Notes: generated by a model from the sequence alone, not told the origin. A stretch of DNA of 64,000 nucleotides from Spirochaetota bacterium (GCA_029552945.1 JAKPDD010000046.1:139612-203611), one strand, 5' to 3'. Positions 28,140 through 38,751 are shown, counted from the first letter of the stretch. Numbers and translations are program-made.

Positions 28140-31100
28140 ATGGAAAATTATTTAGGATTATATGATCTTTTTTGCCCTAATTGTCACGGAATAAACTCTG
28201 ATAACAGAAATATACACAAATATCCATGCAGTTTATGTCTTGAAAAGTATGAAGAAAATAATAACAATAATAAGGATTACGTTGATTATGTATATCAAAT
28301 GTTGGTTGAAAATAAAAGTTTAAAAGATTATAAGGATATAAAAGACATTAAAGATAATTATAATAGATATAGAAAATTTTTTAAGAAGCTTATACTTGCT
28401 GAGCCATGGAGTATTCAGAGGTCATGGTTTAAGAGGGTATTAAAAAATAAGAGTTTTACTGCTTTAGCACCAACAGGAATTGGTAAAACAACATTCGGTA
28501 TTATTACAGCATTATATTATGCAGTTTACGAAAAAAAGAGATCACTTATAATTCTTCCAAATACAAGCTTGTTGCTTAATATAAAAGCTAAAATTGAGGA
28601 ATACTTAAATAAAATTAATAAAAGGCTAAATATACTATTTTATTCATCTTCTTTTATCAATACACCTTTAAAGAAAAAAGAGTTTTTTAAATTGCTTGAT
28701 AAAAACAAGTTTGATGTACTTGTTATTACTAATAATTTTCTTTCACGTAACTTTAAATCTGTTGAAAATAAGTTTTTTGACTTTGTATTTGCTGATGATA
28801 CTGATTCACTTTTAAGAACATCAAAAAATATAGAATATGTTTTAAAACTTATAGGCTTTTCAGATGATGATATTAAATTGGGTTATGAATATGTAAAGTC
28901 ATCATTTGTTTTTAGTAAAAAGTCAGGTGATAATGAGTTTTTAATCAATCATATTTCTCTTAAAAGACAACTTGAATCTTTAAGTATAAATAAGAAAATT
29001 GGTATACTTGTTTTATCTACTGCTACTAATAAAGCAAAAGGTATAAGAGTAAAGTTATTTAAAGCTTTATTATCTTTTGATATTGGTGAAAGGGCAAAGT
29101 CTGGCTCAAACGTTGTTGACCTTTATGATAGCTTTTCTATTGATAATCTTAGAAAGTATATTAAATTGCTTGGTAGTGGTGGAATTATATTTGTGCCTAT
29201 TTATAAAGGGCTTGAGTATGCCAATTATATTTTTGATTCTTTAAAAGATGAATTTATAGTAAAGGTTATTTCATCGGATAATGTAAAAAATATTATTGAA
29301 GAGTTTTCTGAAGGTAAAATAGATATTATAATTGGGGTTGCTTCATCATACGGTCTTCTTGTAAGGGGGATAGACCTTCCTGAAATTATACGATATGCAA
29401 TTTTTGTAGGGGTACCTTCTTATAAGTTTAAAGTTGATTTTTCAGGTGATAGTATTAATTCCTTTCAGCTTATAAGATTATTGGGTGCATTATCTTATGT
29501 TACTGAAGGAGAAGATAAATTAAAGATAGAAAGACAGTTAAAAACTTTAAAAAAGAATTATTTTAATACAAAAGTTGTAGAATATTCACTATTACTTGCA
29601 AAAGATTATATTAAAAGAAATGATATTGTTGAACTTTTGAAAAATACAAACGAGGTTATCTTTAAAGAGGATAAAGATGGTCAATATTTTCTTGTACCAG
29701 ATGTACCTACCTATATACAGGCTTCTGGAAGGACTTCAAGGTTGAGTATTGATGGTTTTACTAAAGGTCTTTCCATAATACTGGAAGATGATAGGAGGCT
29801 TATATCATTTTTAGAAAAGAGAATAAAGTGGCTTGAAGATAGGAGTATTAAAAATTTTAATGATGTTGATATAAGTAAAATAATCTCTCAAATTGATAAA
29901 GATAGAGAAAAAATAAAAATCTTGAAAGAACATAATAAAATAAAAGTTATTAAAGATAAAACATTTACAGCACTTATGATTGTTGAGTCTCCTACTAAAG
30001 CAAATTTAATAGCTAATCTAATAGGTAAGCCTACAACAAGGTATTTAAAATCAATGAATGTATATGAGGTTTCCTTAGGTAGTATGACTCTTATAATTGG
30101 TTCAATAATGGGACATATTTATGATATAACTACTGAAAATTATGGTTTTTATGGGGTAGATGTAGAGAATAATAGATATATTCCAAAATATCTGACTATA
30201 AAGGTTTGTAAAAAGTGTAAAAAGCAGTTTACATCTTATAATTCCTGCCCTTTGTGTGGTTCAGATGAGTTTTATGATAAAAAGGACATAATAATTGATC
30301 TTATAGAGGTCTCAAAAGAGGTTGATACTGTATTTATATCGACTGACCCTGATAGTGAAGGAGAGAAGATAGGATGGGATATCTATTCTTTATTATCGCC
30401 TTATGTTTCAAAAATAAAGAGGGTTGTTTTTCATGAGATAACTAAGAGGGGAATTCTTGAAGGATTCAAAAATATTGGTTTAATAAACCAATCTCTGGTA
30501 AAAGCTCAAATATTAAGAAGAATTCAGGATAGATGGATAGGTTTTAAGTTTTCCAGTGAATTAAAAGACTTTTTTGATGAATATAATATTTCTGCAGGTA
30601 GGGTCCAAACTCCAGTTTTAGGTTATATTATTGATAGAGTAGAGTATAATAAAAATAATAAAAGAAAATATTATAGAATAAAAACTGAGTTTTTTTCGGT
30701 TGATGTTCCAAAGGATGATATAAAAAATATAAAAAAAATAGATACTATTTTAATTGAGGATTCAAAGTATAAAAAGGAAAAAATAGCTCCTATGCCACCA
30801 TTTACGACTGATAGCCTGCTATCAAGTGTAAATAGGGTATTAAAACTGTCAGTTTCAGAAGCTATTAGTATTGCTCAAGACCTTTTTGAAAATGGTCTTA
30901 TAACATATCATAGAACAGACTCTATTCATGTTTCAGATTATGGTAAGAGCCTTGCATATGATTATATAAATGAAAAATTTAATAAAGATGTAATATATAC
31001 AAGGTCATGGGGTGAGGAAGGAACACACGAATGTATAAGGCCGACAAGAGGGCTTGATGTTAAAGAGTTGAGAGAAATGATATATGAAGGAGACCTTTTT

Positions 31101-31667
31101 GTTACTAAGAACATGACTCAGAAACATTTTTCTGTTTATGATTTAATATTTAAAAGGTTTATAGCTTCTCAGATGAGAGATGTAGTTGTTAAAAAGCAGG
31201 AACTAGATGTAAAAATAGATTCTTATTCTACCACTATTTCTTTAAATGTTGATATATATAAAGATGGTTGGAACCTTGTAAGTCCTATTAGTGTTGTTAA
31301 ACCTGTAAAGAAAAAGAGTATAAAAATAGATTCTAAAGAAAAGTTTGTAAAACCTGATAAACCACTATTTGACCAGGCTAGTGTAATAGAGATAATGAAA
31401 GAAAGGGGACTTGGTAGACCTTCAACATATAGCCAGATAATATCGACTTTATTATCAAGGGGTTATATTATTGAGGGTAAGTATAATAAACTTATTCCCA
31501 CTAAAAAGGGTGTTAGTGTATATAAATATCTTATTGAGAAATATAAAAACATTTTTTCTGAAGAGAGAACAAGGGCATTAGAAGAATTAATGAAAGAGAT
31601 TGAAAATGGAAGAAAAGATTACAAAGAAATTTTATCAGATATTTATAATGAAATAAAAACAAACTAG
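28140..31667 (+). CDS. rgy: Reverse gyrase (helicase-like domain fused to type IA topoisomerase)
   Basis: 1175 aa; N-terminal zinc finger CPNCHG...C..C, helicase motif I APTGIGKTTFG after IQRSWFKRV, TOPRIM LMIVESPTKA, catalytic-Tyr region LITYHRTDS. Confidence 0.9.
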   Translation: MENYLGLYDLFCPNCHGINSDNRNIHKYPCSLCLEKYEENNNNNKDYVDYVYQMLVENKSLKDYKDIKDIKDNYNRYRKFFKKLILAEPWSIQRSWFKRVLKNKSFTALAPTGIGKTTFGIITALYYAVYEKKRSLIILPNTSLLLNIKAKIEEYLNKINKRLNILFYSSSFINTPLKKKEFFKLLDKNKFDVLVITNNFLSRNFKSVENKFFDFVFADDTDSLLRTSKNIEYVLKLIGFSDDDIKLGYEYVKSSFVFSKKSGDNEFLINHISLKRQLESLSINKKIGILVLSTATNKAKGIRVKLFKALLSFDIGERAKSGSNVVDLYDSFSIDNLRKYIKLLGSGGIIFVPIYKGLEYANYIFDSLKDEFIVKVISSDNVKNIIEEFSEGKIDIIIGVASSYGLLVRGIDLPEIIRYAIFVGVPSYKFKVDFSGDSINSFQLIRLLGALSYVTEGEDKLKIERQLKTLKKNYFNTKVVEYSLLLAKDYIKRNDIVELLKNTNEVIFKEDKDGQYFLVPDVPTYIQASGRTSRLSIDGFTKGLSIILEDDRRLISFLEKRIKWLEDRSIKNFNDVDISKIISQIDKDREKIKILKEHNKIKVIKDKTFTALMIVESPTKANLIANLIGKPTTRYLKSMNVYEVSLGSMTLIIGSIMGHIYDITTENYGFYGVDVENNRYIPKYLTIKVCKKCKKQFTSYNSCPLCGSDEFYDKKDIIIDLIEVSKEVDTVFISTDPDSEGEKIGWDIYSLLSPYVSKIKRVVFHEITKRGILEGFKNIGLINQSLVKAQILRRIQDRWIGFKFSSELKDFFDEYNISAGRVQTPVLGYIIDRVEYNKNNKRKYYRIKTEFFSVDVPKDDIKNIKKIDTILIEDSKYKKEKIAPMPPFTTDSLLSSVNRVLKLSVSEAISIAQDLFENGLITYHRTDSIHVSDYGKSLAYDYINEKFNKDVIYTRSWGEEGTHECIRPTRGLDVKELREMIYEGDLFVTKNMTQKHFSVYDLIFKRFIASQMRDVVVKKQELDVKIDSYSTTISLNVDIYKDGWNLVSPISVVKPVKKKSIKIDSKEKFVKPDKPLFDQASVIEIMKERGLGRPSTYSQIISTLLSRGYIIEGKYNKLIPTKKGVSVYKYLIEKYKNIFSEERTRALEELMKEIENGRKDYKEILSDIYNEIKTN

Positions 31668-31680
31668 AGTATTGTTTTGT

Positions 31681-32133
31681 ATGAAAAAAAAGATAAAAGC
31701 CGGGAATTATATATATTATTACTACTATGACAATTTGAAAAGGTTAGTTTTTATAAATGTGTGTCAGGGAAAAATTTTTAAAAAAAAGTATGGAGATTAT
31801 GAGTTTATATGGGAGTCTAATCTCTTAAAAGCTCAGGTAAGTAAAATAGAGGGACTGGGAATTACTGAAAGGATTATGTATTTTTATGATAGTTTTAATA
31901 GACTTATAAAAAAAGAGTATTATAACAAAGAGATTTTAAGATATACAGTGATTTTGAGTTATAAAGATAATGAAAATATCCCATATTTTATGGATATAAA
32001 AAGGATGAGTATGGAGTTTTTTAAAACTGAAAATACAAATTGTATAATGGAAATGATAAATATTGTTGGAAAAGACTTTGAAGGGAGTTTTTACCTATTA
32101 GACCTTATTGATAAATATAAACAGAGTTCTTAA
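31681..32133 (+). CDS. Hypothetical Tyr-rich protein with YD-repeat-like motifs
   Basis: ORF track starts at TTG 31672; ATG at 31681; motifs YYYDNLKRL and FYDSFNRLI; 4 nt after the rgy stop. Confidence 0.3.
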   Translation: MKKKIKAGNYIYYYYYDNLKRLVFINVCQGKIFKKKYGDYEFIWESNLLKAQVSKIEGLGITERIMYFYDSFNRLIKKEYYNKEILRYTVILSYKDNENIPYFMDIKRMSMEFFKTENTNCIMEMINIVGKDFEGSFYLLDLIDKYKQSS

Positions 32134-32149
32134 AATTTGAATTAATTAT

Positions 32150-33277
32150 CTATTCAGGTGCTTTAAAGTTATATACTGGTTTTAATCTTAGTTTTATATC
32201 CACACTATTATTAAGTACTTTAATTATATTGTCTGTATCTTTATATGCAAATGGTGCTTCATCTATTGTTCTTCTACTTACACATGTTGAATATATTCCT
32301 TCCATTGATCTTCTGAACTCATCAATATCTATTGACTTTTTTGCTTTATTTCTACTCATTTTTCTACCAGCTCCGTGGGGGGCTGAAAAATTATAATCTT
32401 TATTGCCCTTACCTATTCCAATTATGGCACCATCTCTCATGTTAAATGGTATAACTACCTCTTTTCCCTTATGTGCTGAAATTGCACCTTTTCTTATAAT
32501 ATTATCTTCAAAGTCTATGTAATTGTGTACAGATTCTATTATTTTAAGATTATTTATATCCATCTTTAAAAAATTATTTATGATTCTTTTTGCCATCTCA
32601 AACCTGTTTTTTTTAGCCATTTCTTGAGCAATTTTCATGCTATCAATATAATCTTTACCACCTTTATTGATTGGCAGATATTCAAGGCCTCTTGGTATCT
32701 TTATATTGTTTTTGTTTATATATTCTCTTGCCTTTTTTTGGTAGTATTCAGCAACTTTAAGCCCAAAATTTCTTGAACCTGAATGGATTAATAACCAGAA
32801 GTCTTCATTTTCATCAATATCTACTTCTATGAAATGGTTGCCACCTCCAAGTGAACCTATTGACTTTAAAACTTTATCAGGTTCAGTTCCTACTGTTTCA
32901 GCTACTTTTCTTATTTTATCTTCAAGATTTTTGTCGATTTCTGTTTTTCTATTATTTATTTCAAAACCATAGGGAATATGTGATCTTATAAAAGAATCTA
33001 ATTTTTCAAAAGATATTTTTTCTTTACCAATTTTTATAGCAATAACACCACAACCAATGTCAACACCTATTAAATTTGGTACTATATATTGACCTAATGT
33101 CATTGTAAGGCCTATTACACAACCTTTTCCAGAATGGACATCTGGCATTATTGCTATTTCTGATTCAGAGAATATTTTTTGATCAACTATAGTTTTTATT
33201 TGAATTTCAGCTTCTTTTTCAATATCAGAGTCTATAAAAACCTTAGCAGTATTGTATTCACCTTCTATTTTTATCAT
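32150..33277 (-). CDS. rtcB: RtcB-family RNA ligase-like protein (short form)
   Basis: 375 aa; RtcB-like metal and GTP-binding motifs GGGNHFIEVD, HSGSRNFG, PHGAGR. Confidence 0.7.
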   Translation of the reverse strand: MIKIEGEYNTAKVFIDSDIEKEAEIQIKTIVDQKIFSESEIAIMPDVHSGKGCVIGLTMTLGQYIVPNLIGVDIGCGVIAIKIGKEKISFEKLDSFIRSHIPYGFEINNRKTEIDKNLEDKIRKVAETVGTEPDKVLKSIGSLGGGNHFIEVDIDENEDFWLLIHSGSRNFGLKVAEYYQKKAREYINKNNIKIPRGLEYLPINKGGKDYIDSMKIAQEMAKKNRFEMAKRIINNFLKMDINNLKIIESVHNYIDFEDNIIRKGAISAHKGKEVVIPFNMRDGAIIGIGKGNKDYNFSAPHGAGRKMSRNKAKKSIDIDEFRRSMEGIYSTCVSRRTIDEAPFAYKDTDNIIKVLNNSVDIKLRLKPVYNFKAPE

Positions 33278-33410
33278 CTTTTTTCCTTTTTATTGCTTAT
33301 TATAAATTTATAATAACAAAATTTTTATTATTTTAGTATAAAGTATTTACGAGACTAAATATCTGAATAAAATATTTTTGATTACATTTTCAATCTTAAG
33401 AAATTAAAGA

Positions 33411-33438
33411 GATACCAGTATTACTATTTTCTGGTATC
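33411..33438. terminator. Hairpin GAGATACCAG-(12 nt)-CTGGTATC flanked by A/T tracts
   Basis: 8-bp stem; downstream of the minus-strand small membrane protein gene and upstream of rtcB. Confidence 0.35.
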
Positions 33439-33452
33439 CTCTTTTTTTATTT

Positions 33453-33725
33453 TTAATTATCTTTTGACTTTATTACATCTTTTAGTTCTTTTAGTTCTTC
33501 ATTGAAGAGTTTTGTTAGTGCCAGTACAGCAACACTACTTGCTATTGCTCCAATGCTTACAACTCCTGTTATAACCCATGACGTTACTGTTGCGTTCTGT
33601 ATATTCTGATAAGCAAAAATAAAGAGAACGACTGGAATTCCTGACCCTATTGCTATTGCTGCTATTATAGCAAATATTGCTTTAATCTCTTTTAAAACAA
33701 GAACTGATGTCTTTTTTTCTTCCAT
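33453..33725 (-). CDS. Small membrane protein
   Basis: 90 aa with two predicted TM helices. Confidence 0.35.
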   Translation of the reverse strand: MEEKKTSVLVLKEIKAIFAIIAAIAIGSGIPVVLFIFAYQNIQNATVTSWVITGVVSIGAIASSVAVLALTKLFNEELKELKDVIKSKDN

Positions 33726-33861
33726 TATTTCTCCTTAAAAAATTTTTGATCATTTTGTAATTTATTAAAATTTAATCAGTTTTATTGTAAATTACTTGAC
33801 TTATTTCTAAAAAAATATATCTTTTAAATATGTTATGGAATATGTTTTTTAATTTTTTAAA

Positions 33862-34380
33862 TTGAAAAGGTTAATAATGAATTGCGATATAAGAGAAGAC
33901 TTTCTATATTCTGTTTTTAAAATAATATTGCATAAAATGGGAAATATTGCAAATGTTTTTTCTGTTAACATAGAAGCTTGTTTATCATCATCTTTTTCTG
34001 ATTTTTCTAAACAATTTATTTACAGAATGAGGAATGCAAGCCTCTCTTTAAATAGTTTTATTGATTTTATGAGAGTTTTTTTAGAGCAAAACATTGATTC
34101 AATCAAGTTTAATGATTTTTGGGAAAAAATAGTATCATTAATTTTTTCCAAAAATAAAAATCTTTCTGTTTCAAATATTTTAAATATAAAAAACACTTTT
34201 TTTAGAGCTATTTCAGTTATATTAATATCTATGTCAGGTAGTATAAAAAATATTGAGGAAAAAAATGATATATTGAGGCTGGATTTTTGTGATATTCCAG
34301 ATAATCAGATGTGTGTTTATCTTGATAAAAAAGGGATAAATTATAAAAAAGAGGGAAATTCTATTTTTATTAATTTATAA
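33862..34380 (+). CDS. Hypothetical protein
   Basis: 172-aa ORF immediately upstream of a sigma-54 response regulator gene; no recognised motif. Confidence 0.3.
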   Translation: MKRLIMNCDIREDFLYSVFKIILHKMGNIANVFSVNIEACLSSSFSDFSKQFIYRMRNASLSLNSFIDFMRVFLEQNIDSIKFNDFWEKIVSLIFSKNKNLSVSNILNIKNTFFRAISVILISMSGSIKNIEEKNDILRLDFCDIPDNQMCVYLDKKGINYKKEGNSIFINL

Positions 34381-34414
34381 TTTCTAAGTAATTGAGTAAA
34401 AGGGAGATTTTTTA

Positions 34415-35848
34415 ATGGGGAGTTTAAAGGAATATGTTGAATTGCTTATAATAGATGATGAAGAGATTACAGGACTTACTATAAGAGATTATTTTAGAGC
34501 AATAAGTGGAGAAAGCGTATCTTATAATGTTTCATATTTTTCTGACTCAAAAGAGGGTTTTGAATATTTCAAAAATAATGATATTGATGTTGTTATACTT
34601 GATATAATGTTGAAAGAAGGTGATGGGATGGAACTTTTAAAGAAAATGAAGTCTTATAAACCTGAAACTGAGATAATTATTCTTACTGGCTATGGTAGTG
34701 GTGATAAAAGTATTACTGCACTAAGGTTGGGTGCTTTTGATTTTTTAAGTAAACCTTTTGGACTTACTTCACTTGAAAAAATAATACTTAAGGCTTACAG
34801 TAAAAAAATAATGGCAACTGAAAACAGGATAACAAGCATAATAGAGAATAAAATTTCTGAACTTGAAAAGTCTATTGGCAAAGAGGAGAGTTTTATTGGC
34901 AATGATTCAAAAATAAAAGAGATAATAGGGCTTGTATCAGAGATATCTAAGACAGATTGTAATGTACTTATTCAGGGAGAAAGTGGAACAGGTAAAGAAC
35001 TTATAGCAAGACTTATACATAAGAGTAGCCTTAGGAGTCAAGAACTTTTTTTCCCTATAAACTGTGGTGCAATACCTGAGAACCTTCTTGAGTCCGAACT
35101 TTTTGGTTATGAGAAAGGTGCATTTACTGGTGCTACTAACAGAAAACTTGGTCTATTTGAAGTTGCAACAAAAGGTACAATATTTCTTGATGAAATAGGG
35201 GACCTTCCTATAACATTCCAGGTTAAATTACTTAGAGTTCTTGAAAGAGGTGAGTTTAATAGGGTTGGTGGAACAAAAATACTTAAAACTGAAGCAAGAA
35301 TAATATCAGCAACAAATAAGGACCTTAAAAAAGAGGTTGAAGAGGGTCTTTTTAGAAGGGATCTTTATTACAGGCTTAATGTTATAACAATTACCCTTCC
35401 ACCTTTAAGAGAGAGGAAGGCAGATATACCTTTACTTATTGAATATTTTATTAAGAAAAATGAGAGAAATACTAACAGAAAAATTGAAATATCAAAAGAG
35501 GCCATGCAAATTTTAATTAATTATAATTGGCCAGGAAATGTAAGAGAACTTCAAAATGTTGTAGATAGAATAATAATATTAACTAATAATAATGTTGTGA
35601 CGCCAGAAACAGTTACAAGAGCTCTATCTATGCACGATAACTCTTCTCAATTAATTTCAATAGACAATAAAGATTATGTTCAACTTGTTAGAAAAGACGA
35701 ACTTATAACTCTTGAAGAATTGGAGAAGAGGTATATATCATATTTATATAAAAAAACAGGGGCTAATAAAAGTAAGACTGCCTATCTACTTGGTATATCT
35801 GAGAGAACACTTTATAGAAAGATGAAGCAATATGATATTGATTTTTAG
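34415..35848 (+). CDS. Sigma-54-dependent response regulator (NtrC family)
   Basis: 477 aa; receiver (LLIIDDEE, VVILDIML), [15 protein letters not shown]-terminal HTH. Confidence 0.9.
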   Translation: MGSLKEYVELLIIDDEEITGLTIRDYFRAISGESVSYNVSYFSDSKEGFEYFKNNDIDVVILDIMLKEGDGMELLKKMKSYKPETEIIILTGYGSGDKSITALRLGAFDFLSKPFGLTSLEKIILKAYSKKIMATENRITSIIENKISELEKSIGKEESFIGNDSKIKEIIGLVSEISKTDCNVLIQGESGTGKELIARLIHKSSLRSQELFFPINCGAIPENLLESELFGYEKGAFTGATNRKLGLFEVATKGTIFLDEIGDLPITFQVKLLRVLERGEFNRVGGTKILKTEARIISATNKDLKKEVEEGLFRRDLYYRLNVITITLPPLRERKADIPLLIEYFIKKNERNTNRKIEISKEAMQILINYNWPGNVRELQNVVDRIIILTNNNVVTPETVTRALSMHDNSSQLISIDNKDYVQLVRKDELITLEELEKRYISYLYKKTGANKSKTAYLLGISERTLYRKMKQYDIDF

Positions 35849-36806
35849 AAAAAGAGTTTTATTTTTAAGAACATTAATTTTTATATTTCCTGCTTTGATT
35901 TTTTTTAGTGGGTGTAAAAGATATACAACATTCAGTTTTCCTGCATTAGGAACAATTGTTACTATTACATTGCCATCTGATAACTCTACCTATAATAATT
36001 ATAATAAGTCTAGGGAAATTGTTTATAATCTTCAATCTGTATTTAATAGATATGATCAAAATTCAGCTTTGACTGACTTTAATGATAGAGTTGGAAATTT
36101 TAAAACACTTCCAGAAATTTGTGATGTTATAAACTATTCAAAGTTTATATATAAAATTACTGGGGTTTTTGATATAACAGTTTTGCCATTACTTCAGATA
36201 TGGGATTATAAAAAGGGATTAATACCAACTAAAGGACAGATAGATAATGCTCTTAAAAAATTGTGTATTAATTGTATAAATGTAATTGATAATAATAAAT
36301 GTATTGTTGAAAAAAAAAGAGATGTTAAAATTGACCTTGGTGGTATATCCAAAGGATATATAATAAAAAAACTTTATGAAGAATTATCTAAGGAATATAA
36401 TGAGGGTGTAATAAATATAGGGGGAGATATATTTGCGTTTGGAAAGGATTGGGATGTTTATATTACTGATCCTAAAAGTAAAAAACCAAGATATAAAATA
36501 AGGGTTAAAAATAAGTCAGTTTTTACAAGCGGTGATTATGAAAGATTTTTTTTTAAAAATGGAAGGTTGTATTCTCACATAATAGACCCAAGAACCGGAG
36601 AACCAGCTATTGTTAAGTATCATAGTGTTACTGTTATTGGTGATGATCCTGTAATATCTGATGGACTTGCAACAAGTTTTTTTATATTAGGGCCTGATGA
36701 TTGCTATAGAATTATAAAAAATTATAAAAATTATTCTTTTATGTTTATCGGAGATAATGGATTTATAAAGTCAGATAATTTCCCAGATGTTGAGGAGGTT
36801 AAGTGA
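35832..36806 (+). CDS. apbE: ApbE-family FAD:protein FMN transferase, probable lipoprotein
   Basis: 324 aa; signal peptide ending FFSGC; ApbE-like core (VFDITVLPLLQIWDYKKG, GGISKGYI, DGLATSFF); overlaps the regulator gene by 17 nt. Confidence 0.75.
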   Translation: MILIFRKRVLFLRTLIFIFPALIFFSGCKRYTTFSFPALGTIVTITLPSDNSTYNNYNKSREIVYNLQSVFNRYDQNSALTDFNDRVGNFKTLPEICDVINYSKFIYKITGVFDITVLPLLQIWDYKKGLIPTKGQIDNALKKLCINCINVIDNNKCIVEKKRDVKIDLGGISKGYIIKKLYEELSKEYNEGVINIGGDIFAFGKDWDVYITDPKSKKPRYKIRVKNKSVFTSGDYERFFFKNGRLYSHIIDPRTGEPAIVKYHSVTVIGDDPVISDGLATSFFILGPDDCYRIIKNYKNYSFMFIGDNGFIKSDNFPDVEEVK

Positions 36807-37330
36807 CATTTTTTGATATTATCCAGGAGATTGCTAAAAAATATTCAAGAGTAATTCAGGACTTTCTTTTCAAGTTTATATATGATTCTGAATATGAAGA
36901 AAAAGATGATAATTATTTTAAAAAACTTATTGAAAAAATAGATAATGATATAACTAGTCTTAAAAAACAGATAGAGGAAAAGCAAAGGCTTAAAAAAGAG
37001 ATTATAGATAAGATGAGACAGAGAGAGAATGAAAAAAAATTTTATGAAGAAAATTTTAATTTTAATAGTAAAGGTTATTACAATTATTCCAGTGATAAAT
37101 ACACAAGAAACAACTATAATAAAGATATAGCAAGATATTATGCGATGCTTGAATTAGAATATGGTGCTGGGATAGAGGATGTAAAAAAAGCATATAGAAA
37201 TCTTATGAAAAAATATCACCCTGATTTTTTTTCAAGTGATCCTGAAAAACAGAAAATAGCAAAAGATGTAGCACAGGGATTAACCCGTGCTTATGAAGAA
37301 TTGATTAAATATTTAAAAAACAAGGGTTAG
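36803..37330 (+). CDS. J-domain (DnaJ-like) protein with the J domain at the C-terminus
   Basis: 175 aa; GTG start overlapping the apbE stop; C-terminal J domain with HPD motif (KKAYRNLMKKYHPD). Confidence 0.6.
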   Translation: MTFFDIIQEIAKKYSRVIQDFLFKFIYDSEYEEKDDNYFKKLIEKIDNDITSLKKQIEEKQRLKKEIIDKMRQRENEKKFYEENFNFNSKGYYNYSSDKYTRNNYNKDIARYYAMLELEYGAGIEDVKKAYRNLMKKYHPDFFSSDPEKQKIAKDVAQGLTRAYEELIKYLKNKG

Positions 37331-38751
37331 TCCAGGACTCTTACTCTTATTGATTTTTCTTCAGACATAGGACTTTCAACCCCATCTTTATTTATTGCAG
37401 TTACTCTTATATAATAGACTTTAAAAGGTTGGAGGCCCTTTAGTTTATAGACTATTTTTGGTTGTCCAACTATTTTTTCAAAATCACTTATACTTACAAA
37501 TATTGGTGACTTACCTTCGAGTGCATCTTCACCCCAGTAATAATTTTGTTCAGTTCCATAATAAATCTTATATCCAATTATATTTTTATCAGTTGGTTCT
37601 CTTAATATAATTATTACCTCTTCTCTGCTTGAATAGAGATTTAAATCTAGTGGTATAGGTGGTCTTTTTATTGGATTATGTTTAATTAGTAACTCCTTTA
37701 TTATTGGTGAAAACTTACCGTCAGGAGATGGAAATAATGTTATTCTAAACTGTATATAATTTGCTTTAAATATTGGATTTAAAGATACTTTATGTATATT
37801 ATAATCTTCCCATTTTAATATATCCTCCGGTGTATTGTCGCTAAATGGTTCAAGTGAATATCTATATTCTAATCTCACAAATGTGTCTTTTGGAAGTATT
37901 GCATTTATATCCAGGTTGTAAATCTCTGATAGTTCATCCATTTTTATAACACGGGTATATATGTATCCATTTTCTCTTGAAAATAGGGTTGTTTCTATAT
38001 TATCAGGTCTATTTGATATAAAAAAATTATCTATTAGGCCTATAAATCCTTTTCCCAGTACGTAAAATATATTTGATGGTATATCTAAATACATTATTGG
38101 TGAATTGGGATTGCCATCAGATGTTGTCCATTTTTCGTCCACCAGTATATTGTTTATATAGTATTCTAATTTACCAATAGTAGCATTATATATTACTTTA
38201 TGATGTTGCCATTCTTTTAGAGTTATTATCTTATCAGATGTTAGTTCTATTGTTTTATTTTTTTTTGTAATTGAGTCTAAAAAAATATTATCAAATTTTA
38301 CATAAACTTTACCTTTTCTAAAAAATATTTTAATTTTCCTTAGGTTACCGTCTATTGAAAGGTTTTCAGTTGAAAATATGCTTCCAACTTCTGTACTGAA
38401 AGGTTTTATCCAGAAGTCTATTACCATACCTTCTGAAAAATCGTTTTGGTATTTAAACCTAAGATAGTTTGAAGAATTATAAAAAAGTCCACTTTTTTTA
38501 CCAAATACTCTGTCATCTATAGTACTTATGTTTGTATCAATTTCATCTATATTTTCAAAATCAATTATTTTTCCATTTGTTGATTTGATTTCTTTATCAC
38601 CTGTTTCAATCACTATCCCATTTTCTATTTTTGAGTTTTTAAGATAAAATAGTTCCTTATTATCTTCAGAAAATGTTATTTTTTTTATTAATCCATAGTA
38701 ATTACCTGATAATCCTATTAAAAATAATATTGTAAAAAATTTTTTTTTCAT
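37327..38751 (-). CDS. Secreted protein with C-terminal fibronectin type III-like domain
   Basis: 474 aa; signal peptide; C-terminal segment YKIYYGTE...YYIRVTAINKDGVESP typical of FN3. Confidence 0.4.
   Translation of the reverse strand: MKKKFFTILFLIGLSGNYYGLIKKITFSEDNKELFYLKNSKIENGIVIETGDKEIKSTNGKIIDFENIDEIDTNISTIDDRVFGKKSGLFYNSSNYLRFKYQNDFSEGMVIDFWIKPFSTEVGSIFSTENLSIDGNLRKIKIFFRKGKVYVKFDNIFLDSITKKNKTIELTSDKIITLKEWQHHKVIYNATIGKLEYYINNILVDEKWTTSDGNPNSPIMYLDIPSNIFYVLGKGFIGLIDNFFISNRPDNIETTLFSRENGYIYTRVIKMDELSEIYNLDINAILPKDTFVRLEYRYSLEPFSDNTPEDILKWEDYNIHKVSLNPIFKANYIQFRITLFPSPDGKFSPIIKELLIKHNPIKRPPIPLDLNLYSSREEVIIILREPTDKNIIGYKIYYGTEQNYYWGEDALEGKSPIFVSISDFEKIVGQPKIVYKLKGLQPFKVYYIRVTAINKDGVESPMSEEKSIRVRVLD

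Noticed and set aside
33278-33410. Sigma-54 promoter upstream of rtcB (as for E. coli rtcBA)
   Set aside because: The only TGG element (in CTGGTATCTC) has no TTGC-like element at the right spacing, and there is no divergent rtcR-like activator
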